DNA of 64,000 bases from positions 1-64,000 of the forward strand of contig JAAILG010001325.1 of the NCBI GenBank assembly GCA_012026655.1, written 5' to 3'. Within the stretch, counting starts at the first letter, position 1. Every line of letters begins with the position of its first letter. The notes under the pieces are model-generated. The model searched no databases and was not told the DNA's origin. It saw only the letters and a list, made by a program, of their open reading frames with translations. This document shows positions 1 to 11,452 of this stretch, in pieces. Position numbers and translations under genes: made by a program. This DNA is from Hydrolagus affinis (lineage: Eukaryota).

Positions 1-724
1 TGAGGCATTGTGTTGTGTTGGGATTGATCAGGCGTTCTTTTTCGAACAGGATTGTGGAGCCGTGGGTTAAACCACGAGACATCATTTCGCCTGCTCTGGG
101 AATGGCAGGAGTCGTCTTTTTTTTAATAAAAAAAAATCCTGAATCCTGACATACTTAATTGGAACAGGCTTTCAGTGTGTGCTAATCCTCTCGTGCCTGG
201 CTGCTCTGCAATTCGCAATTAACATTTTCAAAGAGTTGCAATCGACTCTATCTAGAATTCAGTCTATTCAAACTCAATAATCCAGGTTTCACAAGAGTAA
301 ATGGATATGCGCCTGAGCTCAGCACATGAAAACTATATGACTAAGGTCATAAATTCCCTGTACAGTATTTACAGCAGCTGCCGGGGGAAGCGGGTTATAG
401 CCTATTGCATTTTATACAGTTTGGTGCGAGTTATTTTAATGTTGGCAGCTGTTACCATTGGCTTCCTCTTTGGGTCGTGGATGAATAGGGTCAGCATTCA
501 CAGAGGCCGGACCCCACACCCTGGGCTCTCATCTGGCAAAACCATCGCTTGCTGAGCGGTTAATGTCTCAGGTTCAATCCCTGGTGATCGTGTTGAATTT
601 GTCGATCTTCACCCTGGTGCCATTAAGTTGCTATAGCTGTCCTCAGTGTCCCTGGGCTAGGGAGAAGTAATAAAATAAAATAAAACTAGCCTGGGTTCCC
701 CACTGCTGACCATCATCCTAGATT

Positions 725-744
725 GTGTGTGTGTGTGTGTGTGT
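725..744. repeat. (GT)n microsatellite
   Basis: Direct reading of a tgtgtg run. Confidence 0.9.
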
Positions 745-980
745 CCGTAAGCACCTGCACCTGTATCCGCGTGTGTGAGTGTTGTGTGAGATCAGCTGCA
801 ATGTTCTTCCACCTTTGAGAGACCTGCCAACACACAGCATCTGGACTCAACTGGGCTCAAGTAAGGGTCAGTTGTTTGCAGCACCAGCCAGCGACCTGTA
901 CCTGAAAGCTGCCAACCCATGTAGAACTGCCAGATGTGCAGGCGGACGAACATTCTGTCATTTCTGTCCCATTACTGCTG

Positions 981-1313
981 AGGGTCTCCAAAGCCTTGCG
1001 GTTAGAGCGCTCACCTCACAAGCGAGAGGGCCCAGGTTCGATTCCCTGAGGCAGGTTTCCTTACTCCACATGCTTCCGTTTATCAAGCAATGAAGTAGGA
1101 ACCCAGTTGTTAGTTGATTGCTTTCCAGGGTAATAGTCCCTCAAGTATAAACGTGGTCACTCAATCCACCACTGTTCGCAGGACGCTGCTGTACGCAATT
1201 GGATGCCGTGTTTTGCCCACAAAACGAACAGTCAATCCAATTTACAATATATTAGCTGAAACTCATTCAGATCCCTCAACGATGCGATAAGGTGCTATAT
1301 CAAGACGCAAGGA
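981..1313 (+). mobile_element. tRNA-derived SINE, long subfamily, diverged
   Basis: Degenerate A box (gcggttagagc) and B box (ggttcgattcc). Internal gtaggaacccagttgttag segment, then gctgctgtacgcaattgg and the tail gataaggtgctatatcaagacgcaagga. Confidence 0.8.
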
Positions 1314-1916
1314 AGCAATGCTGAAGAGGAATGGTTTAAAATGCTCAGATACATCCCCTGCTCTGTTCCTTGAGCTACGACGCTTTTAATGAGGCCCGAA
1401 ATATATTGAAGCATTTGAGTGCAAGCGAAGTGAAACAAGGAAGGGTTAAGCACTATCTTTGCTCAGTGATGGAGTTCATTGTGTGTTTCATCTCCCATAG
1501 GAGTTGGAGGGAGGGGGGGTGACGAGGAGGCAAAGGTGGGGAATCATAAACAAATGGAAGGAGAGCCTATGAAGGACGTTCAGTTATGTAAATATTATTA
1601 ATAATTCCTGACATCAAGGGAGGAAAAACCTCCCAGGAGATGGAACGACCCATTTGTCACGAATGTGGAAAATAATGTTGACGTCACACACAAAAAATCC
1701 TCCCCAGAGAGCGTCAGGCAGTGTAGCTCAACCGTAAACAGACAGTGAATTTACCGTCTGCTGTTGTCCTGCCTGATTTAGTGGGGTGGTGGGTGGTGGG
1801 GGGGATGTGGAGAGGGGAGGTCAGGTGAGTTAAGAGTAATTTCCTTACTTTTAGCTTTAGTGGAACCATAGGGTTAATTTTTGGAGGAAAAAGGATATGA
1901 GTTCCAACAAAAAATG

Positions 1917-2072
1917 CGGTCACTCAAACCACTGGGGACACTGCTGTGCGCAATCGGCCGCCGCGTTTCGCCCGCAGAACATCCAGTCAATTTACTTTAC
2001 AGGATATTCTGTGAAGCTCTTTGAGACGTCTCGAAGACGTGATGAAGCACTATATCAAAGTCAAGGATTATT
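1917..2072 (+). mobile_element. SINE 3' half
   Basis: gggacactgctgtgcgcaatcggccgccgcgtttcgccc ... gagacgtctcgaagacgtgatgaagcactatatcaaagtcaaggattatt matches the other copies in the window. Confidence 0.85.
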
Positions 2073-2127
2073 TGTAGTAATCTTGTAGTTCCTGTTCTTA
2101 GAGATGAGAGTTGCCTTATTGTGTTGA

Positions 2128-2191
2128 GCGAGCGCCTTGGGACGTCCTCCCGACGTGAAAGGCACTCTATCAATGTAATTTTGTTGTTGTT
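2128..2191 (+). mobile_element. L2 LINE 3' tail
   Basis: gcgccttgggacgtcctcccgacgtgaaaggcact...aatgtaattttgttgttgttg. The same tail is attached to L2 ORF2 remnants at 29735-30147 and 43875-44185. Confidence 0.8.
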
Positions 2192-2984
2192 GAGCTTTCG
2201 CAAGGACCCATACGTGAGCGTAGTGACTGTTTTTTGTACGCACATACATCAGCCACTTCTGCTGTGCTGCAAGTGGGAGAAACCTGCTTCTCGTTTCGAC
2301 TAGCGACAGTTATTATCCAGAATAAAGTCCAACCGAACAGGGCCTGAGGGACCGGAGAGAACAGTGTTTAACGTCTGGTTCGAATGGAGCGGAGGAGGTT
2401 GTGCGGTGATTTCCTCCCCCCCCCCCCACCCGCCAGGGGAACAGTTTGTTTCTCAGACTCAGACCGGTGGGCGTTTTGGTTTTGTGTGCGGGGTGTGATC
2501 ACGGCTTCAGCAGCCGGCCTCCGAGACTCTGAAACAGCTTCTGAGACTTCCTGCAACTCCAGGAGGCCGAGAGATAGCGGCGTTTCATCCACAGGAATAA
2601 TTTGGGCGTTTGGCCTCTCAGGGGGATGGGGGTGGTGGGTGGGGTGGGGTGGGGGGTGTGGGACGGGAGGACGGGACTTGCACGGAGAGTATTTCCTTGT
2701 TTCTTTTTTACTCGTCTTAAGTAAAACACAAAATTGTTGAAAGCCACATCTCGTGAAGCTTGATGCGGGGGTGAGGAGCTCTCTGGCTGGTCGCAGGCAG
2801 ATAAGCTGCAGCAGATGTTGCCTCTTACAACAAACGGAAACACATTCTCTGGGTTTACACTGCTCGTCAGTCAGTCAGGCGAGCAGGCCGGCCGGCAGCA
2901 GAAGGTTGGAAAAAAAACTGGTGAAAATGTCATGCGTTCTACGCTTTTTTTTCTACCATGACTTCTTCAGTGCTTGAACGCCTT

Positions 2985-3203
2985 CAGCGCCTTTCACACA
3001 GGGCAACGTCTCTGAGCGCTTAAGCATGGCAGAGACTGACTCTGAGCAGGAAGGAGGGAGGGAGGGAGGGAGGGAGGGAGGGAGGGAGGTGACCGCAAGC
3101 ACGGTCGAAGAGGAAGTTCTGATGTAAAATAGGGGAGGAGGAGACAAGGTGGAGGGATTGGTGGAGAGAGTTCCAAAGCCTTGGGGCGCAGTACCTGAAA
3201 GCT
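2985..3203 (-). mobile_element. L2 3' fragment containing a (GGGA)n run
   Basis: The minus strand reads gctttcaggtactgcgccccaaggctttggaactctct (AF.Y.APRLWNSL-like) and ends in the stem-loop tail gagacgttgccctgtgtgaaaggcgct. Confidence 0.7.
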
Positions 3204-3986
3204 AAGTTATTTATCTAGCATAACTTGGATTCTAGGCATGAGAGACAGAACAAAATAGTTGAGGCAATATCAATCTAGGGGCCAGTCTCAACACACAAAT
3301 CCAGCCCAAAGCCATGGAAGAGTTTCGTGCTATTGGGAGGACAACAATCAAACCGGGCCCTTTGGGCAGGTTTTATGATGACTGCAGCTGCTTTATAAGT
3401 ACAAGTCAGTAATAAAATGGGTCCTTCTATCTGCAAACAGGAGCGATCAGGTTTTCAGCGAACCCGCCACACAAAAAAAAACTCACTGTCTTTGAAACGC
3501 ACTTAAAAGCAGAATCCCAAATGAATCTTTTAACAGCGCCAAACCGATGAGATAATTCATATTTTCCCTTGTCTAAATGGACTCAGATATTTCTGAATCG
3601 CTCAGATCTCATAATTTTAGTCAATTGCAGTTCTTTAAAGGCCTCGTAATTTTTGACGATGTTTTAAAGGGGGAGAGGGGGGTAAAAAAAAAGCCACTTA
3701 ATCTTCAATTAAAATTTTAATTGAACTCGGCACCGATATCCATCTTTGGCTGAAGACTGAAGAGTGGACGAGAGCTCGACGCAGAGAATTTAGGACTTAA
3801 TGGCACTTCACGCTAATGACACTTCACATTGCGCTGAGCAAGTTGGTATCTGATTCATGTTTGATGTGGTTTTCTTTGGATCCTGCGTTACATGTTTGTT
3901 CGCAAATTACACTCCACTACAATGCAAAATCGCTGCGTTTTGAGACGTCTCAACAGTTTGACAAGGCACTGTACCAAATGCCAATG

Positions 3987-4226
3987 TTATTAAATCCTTG
4001 CAATTCTAGATAGAGCTTTTCACGTCTTCTACAGCGTCTCAAAACGCTTCACAGAATGTATTGTAAAGTGAATTGACTGTATATTTGTGGGCGAAACACG
4101 GCAGCTAATTGTGCACAGCTGTGTCCCACAAATAGTCGTAGATTGAGTGACCAAATTAGTATTGTTGTTTGTTTTTTTGAGGGATTATTATTAGGTGTGT
4201 GGAGTGAGGAAACTTGCCCAAGGTTA
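3987..4226 (-). mobile_element. SINE, head truncated
   Basis: Reverse complement of the family body from ccttgggcaagtttcc to the tail. Confidence 0.85.
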
Positions 4227-4558
4227 TTATTATGATGACATTACACCCTGCCTTGGATTCCCACAGTGTTACGTAACTGATAATAAAAATATTCCATTCG
4301 ATTTGTAATTTACATAATGTCTCCCACATGAGATGGTGGGGAATTTATTTTGGAAGTGAAATGAAAAAGTAGTCGGTATTACCATAAGAGGCATTGACTA
4401 TCCATAGCCCTCCCATCAGAAGTTAGTGTACACATCTGCCCCAGTTTATTGTCTCTCCTCCAAACCTCCCCTACCCCACCCACAAACACACTCGCACACA
4501 CACACAAACTCTGGCTCGCATTAGAAAATTGTCCGAAAACAAATTCAATTTAGGACGT

Positions 4559-4645
4559 CATAGAACTAACCAGTGCAGAAGGAGGCCATTTGACCCATCA
4601 TGTCTATGCCGGCACTTTGAAAAGAGCTGTCCAATTCAATCCCCC
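4559..4645 (-). mobile_element. CR1-type 3' tail fragment
   Basis: catagaa...agaaggaggccatttgacccatc...gccggcactttgaaaagagctgtcc. Related copies lie at 14827-14895, 48859-48930 and (plus strand) 60352-60494. Confidence 0.65.
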
Positions 4646-6419
4646 CCCATTCCCCCCCCACCCACCCACCGTTTCACCCCATGGCCCAGCAAACGTGTTC
4701 TCCCAAAATAATTATCCATCCGCATCCATCTTTAAGATGTCCCATGTTCACCTCCCATCTCTATCTGATCTGTGCACCAGTAGCGGTGTTGCTGCCTAGA
4801 GCAGGGCAGGCTGGAGGCTAATTCATGGCACACAGGGATGTGACAGTGTGCGGATTATGAGGATCGATGACCCCTGTCATCTGATGGACTGATAACCTTT
4901 CGTTGATCTGTCCTGATGCCTTGTTTAACGATCATGGCTTCCGGCACTTTGCATTCATCCTCAGAGCATCCCGAGCTGCACACTCCAAGTGCACAAGCTC
5001 CTCCGCAGTGATAGCACAACGCCATAGGACATTGCAAGGTGAACGAACAAACGAATGAACGAACGAGTGGGGGAGGGAGCAACACCCAAAGTAAATGCTA
5101 AATGCAGTAGGGAGTCTATTTGGCATATGATGGGTGAGGTGGTCAGAGTTTGCTGGCGTCCTGTCTGCTCAATCCTGCACGCAGTGGTTCTGTGACAGTG
5201 GCTCACTTCCTACACAGAACGTACAGAATTCAATACTTCACTAAAACAGGCTGTGTTCACGCAGAACAGGTTGTTTCACTGTTGGTAAAACGCTGCTCTG
5301 GGTATTTCTTTGACACCCTAACGCTTTATTTACCAAAGTCCAGTTTATTTTTTCAGGATCCGCAAACTTTCCTAGCATCCCGCCTTACTCCACAAATATA
5401 TATATATTTAAAATAATACATGTAATTTCATCACTCAATGTACGACTGTTTGTGGGACGCTGCTATGCACAATTGACTACCGCTTTCGCCCACAACTTAC
5501 ACAGTCAATTTACTTTACAGTATATACTGTGAAGCGCTTCCAGATAATAATGATAAAAATAATAATCCTTCACATTTGATATAGCGCTTCTCACATCTTC
5601 TAGACACATCTCAACAATTTGACAACAGCACCAACAAAACTAGATTTTTATAGTGCCTTTCGCGTCTGGAGAATGTCCCAAGGCGCTGTATCGAATGCAA
5701 GGACTATTATCAGTATTATTATGTTCGTTCCTTCCCTCCCCGATGTAACATTCCCAGTTCCCACAGTCGCGAAGCTCAGTTGCCAACCCGTTCAGCGTTT
5801 CCGAAACAAAGGCCGAACCGATGAATCTGCTGTGACTTTAACAACAACAACAAATTGCACTTATAGAGCTTTAAGGCGAGGTGGACTTGCAGCAGGAGGA
5901 ATTGCACGACCTCTGATCGCGTGTGTTTCTGCCGCTTGCTCCCCATCCACAGGGTCTGGCTGCTCAGCCACGCGTCGGCTCCCTCGCACCCGACGGCATG
6001 GAACGGCGGTAGATGTGTCGGGCGGTGTCAGTGCTACTCCAAGCCCATCTGGCAGGAGCCCGCACCTGACTGACCACGCTGTGCTGGGCAGCGGCGTCAG
6101 GCTCGCTTTCACCTGAGACAAGAAAATCAGGCTTCAGCCCTGGGCCACGCAGCTCGAGGAGGCTCCACCAAGCGTGGAGAGCCGTGTGTGTCTGTGCGCG
6201 CGTGTGTGTGTGTGTGAATGACAAGCAGTGGCAGCACAGACACATAGCGGCTGCTCTCTCTCTCTCTCTCCGTTTCTCTCTTGCTGCACTATCACTCATA
6301 TCAGATCAGATCTGAGCCTTTCGTCCAGTTTAACTTGAACTTTTACTTTTCTCTGGGTCGCATCGAAGGAGCCACATTGCCAGGGGGTGAATTATTTACT
6401 CTGCGTTTAGCTGTCAGTT

Positions 6420-6630
6420 TTCCAAAGTCGGTAAATGCTCTCTCGCCTCCGAGTCAGAAGATCGGTTGTGAGTTCAAGCACCCCCCCACCCCCACCCCCC
6501 CAAACGTCAGGACTTTGAACTCAGAATAGTCCAATCCAACTGTGCATTTTTGGAGGCTAAACCAAGATCCTGTCTATCTGTTTGCCTGGATGTTAAAGAA
6601 CCCACAACCGTGTTCGAAACAGACAATGGG
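6420..6630 (+). mobile_element. Old Deu-type SINE 5' fragment
   Basis: ctcgcctccgagtcagaag...gttgtgagttcaagc head and ggatgttaaagaacccacaaccgtgttcgaa. Homologous to the reverse copy at 42480-42770. Confidence 0.6.
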
Positions 6631-8038
6631 TGGGTGTGGTGGGGGGGCGGGGAGAATGGCACTAGATAGTGATCTATGAATCCCTCAAATTTCCTTAAAC
6701 CTGCAAGATTTTGGGGATGAAAATTCTGAAATTCAGCCTGAATTTGGAAGCAGTTTTTCTGTAGTTCTTGTAAAAGAACCGCAGAAAATCAGTTGCAACA
6801 ACAACAACAACTTGCATTTATATAGCGCTCCTCAGGCAGGATAGCATCCCAGAGCACTTGGAATTTTTATATTTTTTGCGCGTGTTTGGGTGGTGGGGTA
6901 GGTGGTGGGGGGGAATTCACCCAAGTGTCTGACACATGCGAAAACTCATCCAAGGTATCCAAGACAAACTGAGAATTTTACGCAGCCATCTACCCACGGA
7001 AATTCCAGAGATAGATCGCTGGAAAGGAATGTTCTCTCTCTCTCTCTCTCTCCCTGGAGGCATCTATCCTGTTTACCTAATTCTAGAAAGGATAAGATGC
7101 AGGTTGGTAAGAGCCAAGGCTTGGTTGGGCTGTAGACTATCTACTCAGCTGAAACTATATAGCTTGCTATTGGTTTCGCTGTCTGCCAAGCAGATTTCGC
7201 CCTGACCATTGTATTAAAGTTTAGTCAACAGATAAGGCCAGAGCATGAGCGATCCAGGCTTCTCACTGACTAAATGAGGGACATCAAAGCCAATTGGTAG
7301 CTGGGTCTCAGATCAACAAAACGCACCATGAAAAGCCACTCAACCCAAGACCTCCCAGGTCTTAGATTCACACTGACTTTTACCGACCAAAGCATTAGGG
7401 AACTCCGATTAAGGAGATTTATTTCTGAAGTCAGTTTCTCTAAGTGGCGCATAATTCACAGACACGGTTTGGGAACTGTCAATGAAAGGAGTGAAAAATA
7501 TTAGCGGTAAAGTCCAATCCCCTGTGATTCGTTCATCAAGTGGTAACCCAGCTGTAGTTTGTTTACCTCAGGCACACCGCGAACACTGAACTGCGTCCCG
7601 AGGCTCCAATTCCAACAGCAAAACAAGGGAGCGCGGCTAATTGAAATGCCTCAGGTGGACTTTTCCGCCTCTCAACCACAGAAACCAGTCCCAGAGTGTC
7701 AGTAAACCCGATCGCTAGTGCAGCAGTGGTATTGAGCTGGTCAGGGTGTCAGTGGATTGTGGAGTTGCTGTCCGCCGGGAGTGTGGTTCTTGGACTTGGG
7801 CAAGGAGATGGCGTCGCACTGACAGACCCATGTTATATCGTCCTGCGTAGCCACGCACGTCTGGTTCGGGTTCACAGGTGTCAGTTACAGAGAAGCGAGA
7901 CACGTGAGCTGCACGATCTGATGCTGCGCATAGTTTGCTCTCCGGTGTATCAACCACCCCACCCCACCCTGGCCCAACCAGTGTCTCATAGAAATAGAGG
8001 TTCTCAGCCTCTGGTTCTCAGTTCTCAGCCTCGAAATT

Positions 8039-8375
8039 GAGCTCCTGTAGCTCAGTGGTTAGAGCACTTGCCTTACAAGCGTGAGATCTGTGTTCGAATC
8101 CAGGCAGGTCAGGGCGAAACCATCGGCAAGTTTCCTTACTCCACACACACACACCTAATAATAATCCCTCAAAAAAAAACACAATAATAAGAATTAGTCA
8201 TTTTCAATCCACGACTGTTTGTGGGGGATGCTGCTGTGTGCAATTGGCCGCTGCGTTTCGCCCACAAATATACAATTCACTTTACAGTGAATTTACAGTG
8301 CGTTCTGTGAAGCGCTTTGAGACGTCAATAAGATGTGAAAAGCACTATATCAAATGCAAGGGTTATTATTATTAT
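8039..8375 (+). mobile_element. Full-length tRNA-derived SINE, short subfamily
   Basis: A box tagctcagtgg and B box gttcgaatcc. Body ggcaagtttccttactccac and gctgctgtgtgcaattggccgctgcgtttcgccc. Tail gcactatatcaaatgcaagggttattattatt. Confidence 0.93.
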
Positions 8376-8852
8376 AAGTCGGTATTCCAATTGCAAGGAT
8401 AATACTAATATAATTATTGCAATTATTATTACTGTATTCCGATTCTCCAAGCTCCTGGGGAAATACGAGTTCTTCTCAAGTCAGCCTGGGTTACCCCACA
8501 CTTATCCATTCATTCTCCAATCGTAAATCTCGAATCCTTCAGTCGAAATTGAACTTCAGACGAGAAAGTTCCTCGTGTTTTCGCTGGTGCAACAATGGGT
8601 AAATTGCCTGCATGCAGGAAATGTCAGCAACTCTGACAGATAAAAGCCCTGAAAAGTGTTCTGTCAAATCAGGACCTTTCTCTTGTCTAAGTGCATGGTA
8701 CTGGCAGCTGCATTCCTCCAGGCAACGTCAGGGTCACAGGTACAAGTTCACTACCCAGAGGGTCGAGATGTGTCTCATGTCCACACTTGCTCTCCTGTCA
8801 CTCACACTTCATGTCAGTTTCACAATAAGCTTTTACCAGAAACGTAAAAGCT

Positions 8853-8886
<34 letters not shown>
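8853..8886. repeat. (GA)n microsatellite
   Basis: Direct reading. Confidence 0.9.
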
Positions 8887-8970
8887 TTAGGGGATGGTGG
8901 GGGCAGGGGGAGACGGGGAACGTGGAGAGGTATAGAGCAGATAGAGCTCTAGGTACAACGGATGCACTGT

Positions 8971-9322
8971 AGGATCCTGTAGCTCAGTGGTTAGAGCCTT
9001 CACTTCGCAAATGAGAGGCCCTGGGTTTGATTCCCCGTCAGGGCAAAGCCGCAGGGACATTTCCTTACTCCACACACACACGCACTTCTCTGTTGACCTA
9101 GCAGTAAGTGGGAACCTAGCTGTTAGTCGATTGGCAGGTCGCTTTTCCCGGGGGTGGGGGGGTAATGATCTCTTCAAAAAGAATAAGCACTGCGTTTGTC
9201 TACCACGTTTTGCCCACAAAATGCACAGTCAATTCACTTAACTGCACATCGTGTGAAGCCCATCGAGACAGCCTCGATGTCTCGAAGACTTGCTAAGGTG
9301 CCATGTTAAACGCAAGGATTAT
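8971..9322 (+). mobile_element. Full-length SINE, long subfamily
   Basis: Intact A and B boxes, plus the extra segment ctctgttgacctagcagtaagtgggaacctagctgttagtcgattggcaggtcgctttt. Part of the Deu-like segment is deleted. Confidence 0.85.
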
Positions 9323-10769
9323 TTTTTTGGATCCCGACGATGGAATTTGGATGGGTATTTTTTGCCTCCGACTCTTGAGATCCAAACCCTTGTGGGTTAC
9401 GTCATGGAAGCTCACGTCAGTGACCGATGATTACACGCATGTTTGTGATTACCGGCGACGCGTTAAGTGAATGAATGAATTTTCCGATTCAGAAATTGCT
9501 GCCCCATTTCCACTGGGGGCCACAGGTGTTGAATGTTAGCTCAGCCCAATGGAACCCAGGAGACAACTGGGGGGTGGGGGGGGGGAGGGAAGCCATGAAG
9601 GATACAGTTCTCTTCGTGCTTCCCTCTGAAACGTACCGTCTCGTGGCCTCCCGAGCACGATTGCAATGACGCGACATCCGCACTGGATCCGCCGAGGAAC
9701 CAGAACTAGCCTCTGGCTGGGAAACTTGGTTGGCAAATTCCCATCCTCCGAGACTCATCGCACGCCACAGACATTTACTGATTAAATTAAGGTCGCCCCC
9801 CGAAATAGAGATGCCGAACAAAACAACGGAATGAATGAAGCAGCCCGGAGACTTCATTTCCTCGCTTGCCTCAAGCCCTCACCAGCAACAACCTCAACAC
9901 TGGCAAAACAACATTGGCGGCCAATTTTCCAACCTGCCTCAGGCCTCCCTTTCGCTCTAGTGACCTGGTCGGGTCACGCCGAGCGACACTGTTTCTCACA
10001 GAGGTTTTTAACCGAAAGAAACACTTTCCAAATTACCACTTCGGTTCTGGACAACATTAAATTCTAAGGCTACAGAGCGCTACGGGACTGTGAGGCTATA
10101 AATTTCGCCCACAAAATATACAGTTCAATTCACTGTGCAGTATATGCCGTGAAGCGCTTTGGAGACATCTCAAAGACATGGTAAGGAGTTTGTATATAAT
10201 TATTATTATTATAAGGCTATTATAAGGCTAGGCAGTTACTGCAACTCGTTGGTTGCAGTCCTGTGTGTAAGCCCCCCCATTTCCTCCCAGACTCTTGCTC
10301 AGTATTACTGGTATCGCTCGGTGATTGAGCACTAGGCCTTAGGAATCGAACCAAAGGCTTAAGAATTAGCTCCTACATCAGGATAAAGTAATTGATTGCT
10401 TTTGCCCTACGCTGGCGATTAAGTGATTCTTGTCATCTTCCTGCCTGGCTTTCTTTGTGTAACTGGGTCCTGTATCTATACTTCGCCACATCAGCTGCAA
10501 CTATTTATACATCAGAGCTGTGACATCACCCAGTGGATCGATTTACAACTTTCAGCTGAACTTCGTAACCCAAAGCGGGGCCACAAGAAGTCAATTCTTC
10601 ACTTTCTTTCCACCTTCTCCCTCTCCGTATCGAACTCGTCTCCAGCAAGCTCCTAAAAAGCTGACTCCAACCTGGGGCAAGTGACGTGGTGGAGGTTGAG
10701 AGATACAACACTTTCTTTCGCTCGGGGCTAGAGGGCGTGGGGAAGAGGGGGGAACCCAACTGCCTTATC

Positions 10770-10905
10770 TCTGCAAACATCTCCGTTGGCCACCCCACCA
10801 TTGGCGGGCGAGCTTTCAACCATTCTACTCTCGGTCAGTGGGACTCCCACCCGCGCTCTCCAACATTGAAGCCCGCCTTCCGTGCTTTCAGGCATCTTCT
10901 CCAAC
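10770..10905 (+). mobile_element. L2 ORF2 C-terminal remnant
   Basis: Translates as PTIGGRAFNHSTLGQWDSHP, a decayed form of the L2 ORF2 C-terminal G.RAFS..AP.LWN.LP motif. Confidence 0.7.
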
Positions 10906-11077
10906 CCAACCCCACCACACCCCCCCCACAGCCCCAGCACAGACACCACTCTAAAAGCATTTTGAAGCATCTTCTCGTTGTGAAAGGTCCCACACAGTGT
11001 GATTTGCTGCTGACTGCTAAATGCTGTTGGGCAGTGTGTTGGCTACTTGCACAGAGAGGGTCAGAAACAGTTTCAAA

Positions 11078-11322
11078 CGTGAGGAAACATTTCTTCACTC
11101 ATTTCTTCACTCAATTTATGGAATTCACTACCCCAAAAGGCTGTAGATGCTCAGTCCTTGAACATTTTCATGGCTGAGACTGATAGATTTTTGAAAAATA
11201 GAGGGATTAGGGGATATGGGGATAGGGCAGGTAATCAGAGTTAGGTGAGAAGATCAGCCATGATCTTATTGAATGGTGGAGCAGGCTCGAATGCCTACTC
11301 CTAATTCTTATGTTCTTATGTT
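11078..11322 (+). mobile_element. CR1 LINE 3' end
   Basis: VRKHFFT...WNSLP.KAV.AQSL.IF.AE.DRFL-like remnant, then the 3'UTR gatcagccatgatcttattgaatggtggagcaggctcga and the octamer tail ttcttatgttcttatg. Confidence 0.88.
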
Positions 11323-11412
11323 TGCTGCTTGCTTTGCCAATTTTGGTAAAGTCATTCGCAAACGCTCCCTCACCATGACGAGGTGAGGGAGGGTCAACAA
11401 CAACAACATGCG

Positions 11413-11452
11413 TATATTATATATATATAATATATATATATAGATATATATA
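11413..11452. repeat. (TA)n microsatellite at the end of a minus-strand L2-like fragment (11395-11580)
   Basis: Direct reading. Confidence 0.75.

Noticed and set aside
490-720. Possible ancient SINE relic
   Set aside because: Only a B-box-like ggttcaatcc and a vague resemblance; too decayed to assign.
2620-2670. G-quadruplex-prone G runs
   Set aside because: Such G/C runs occur throughout the window, so no single one is distinctive.
4855-5085. Cys-rich small ORF (MALCYHCGGAC…)
   Set aside because: No recognisable family, and none of the six frames stands out as coding.
5964-6299. ORFs in the CpG-rich block as a protein-coding exon
   Set aside because: They translate through microsatellites and match no protein I recognise. 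Kept only as a possible non-coding exon.
8039-8110. tRNA genes (Val/Ala-like anticodon loops cttacaa and cttgcaa) at SINE 5' ends
   Set aside because: Each head continues into the same SINE body and lacks a consistent acceptor stem, so these are SINE heads.
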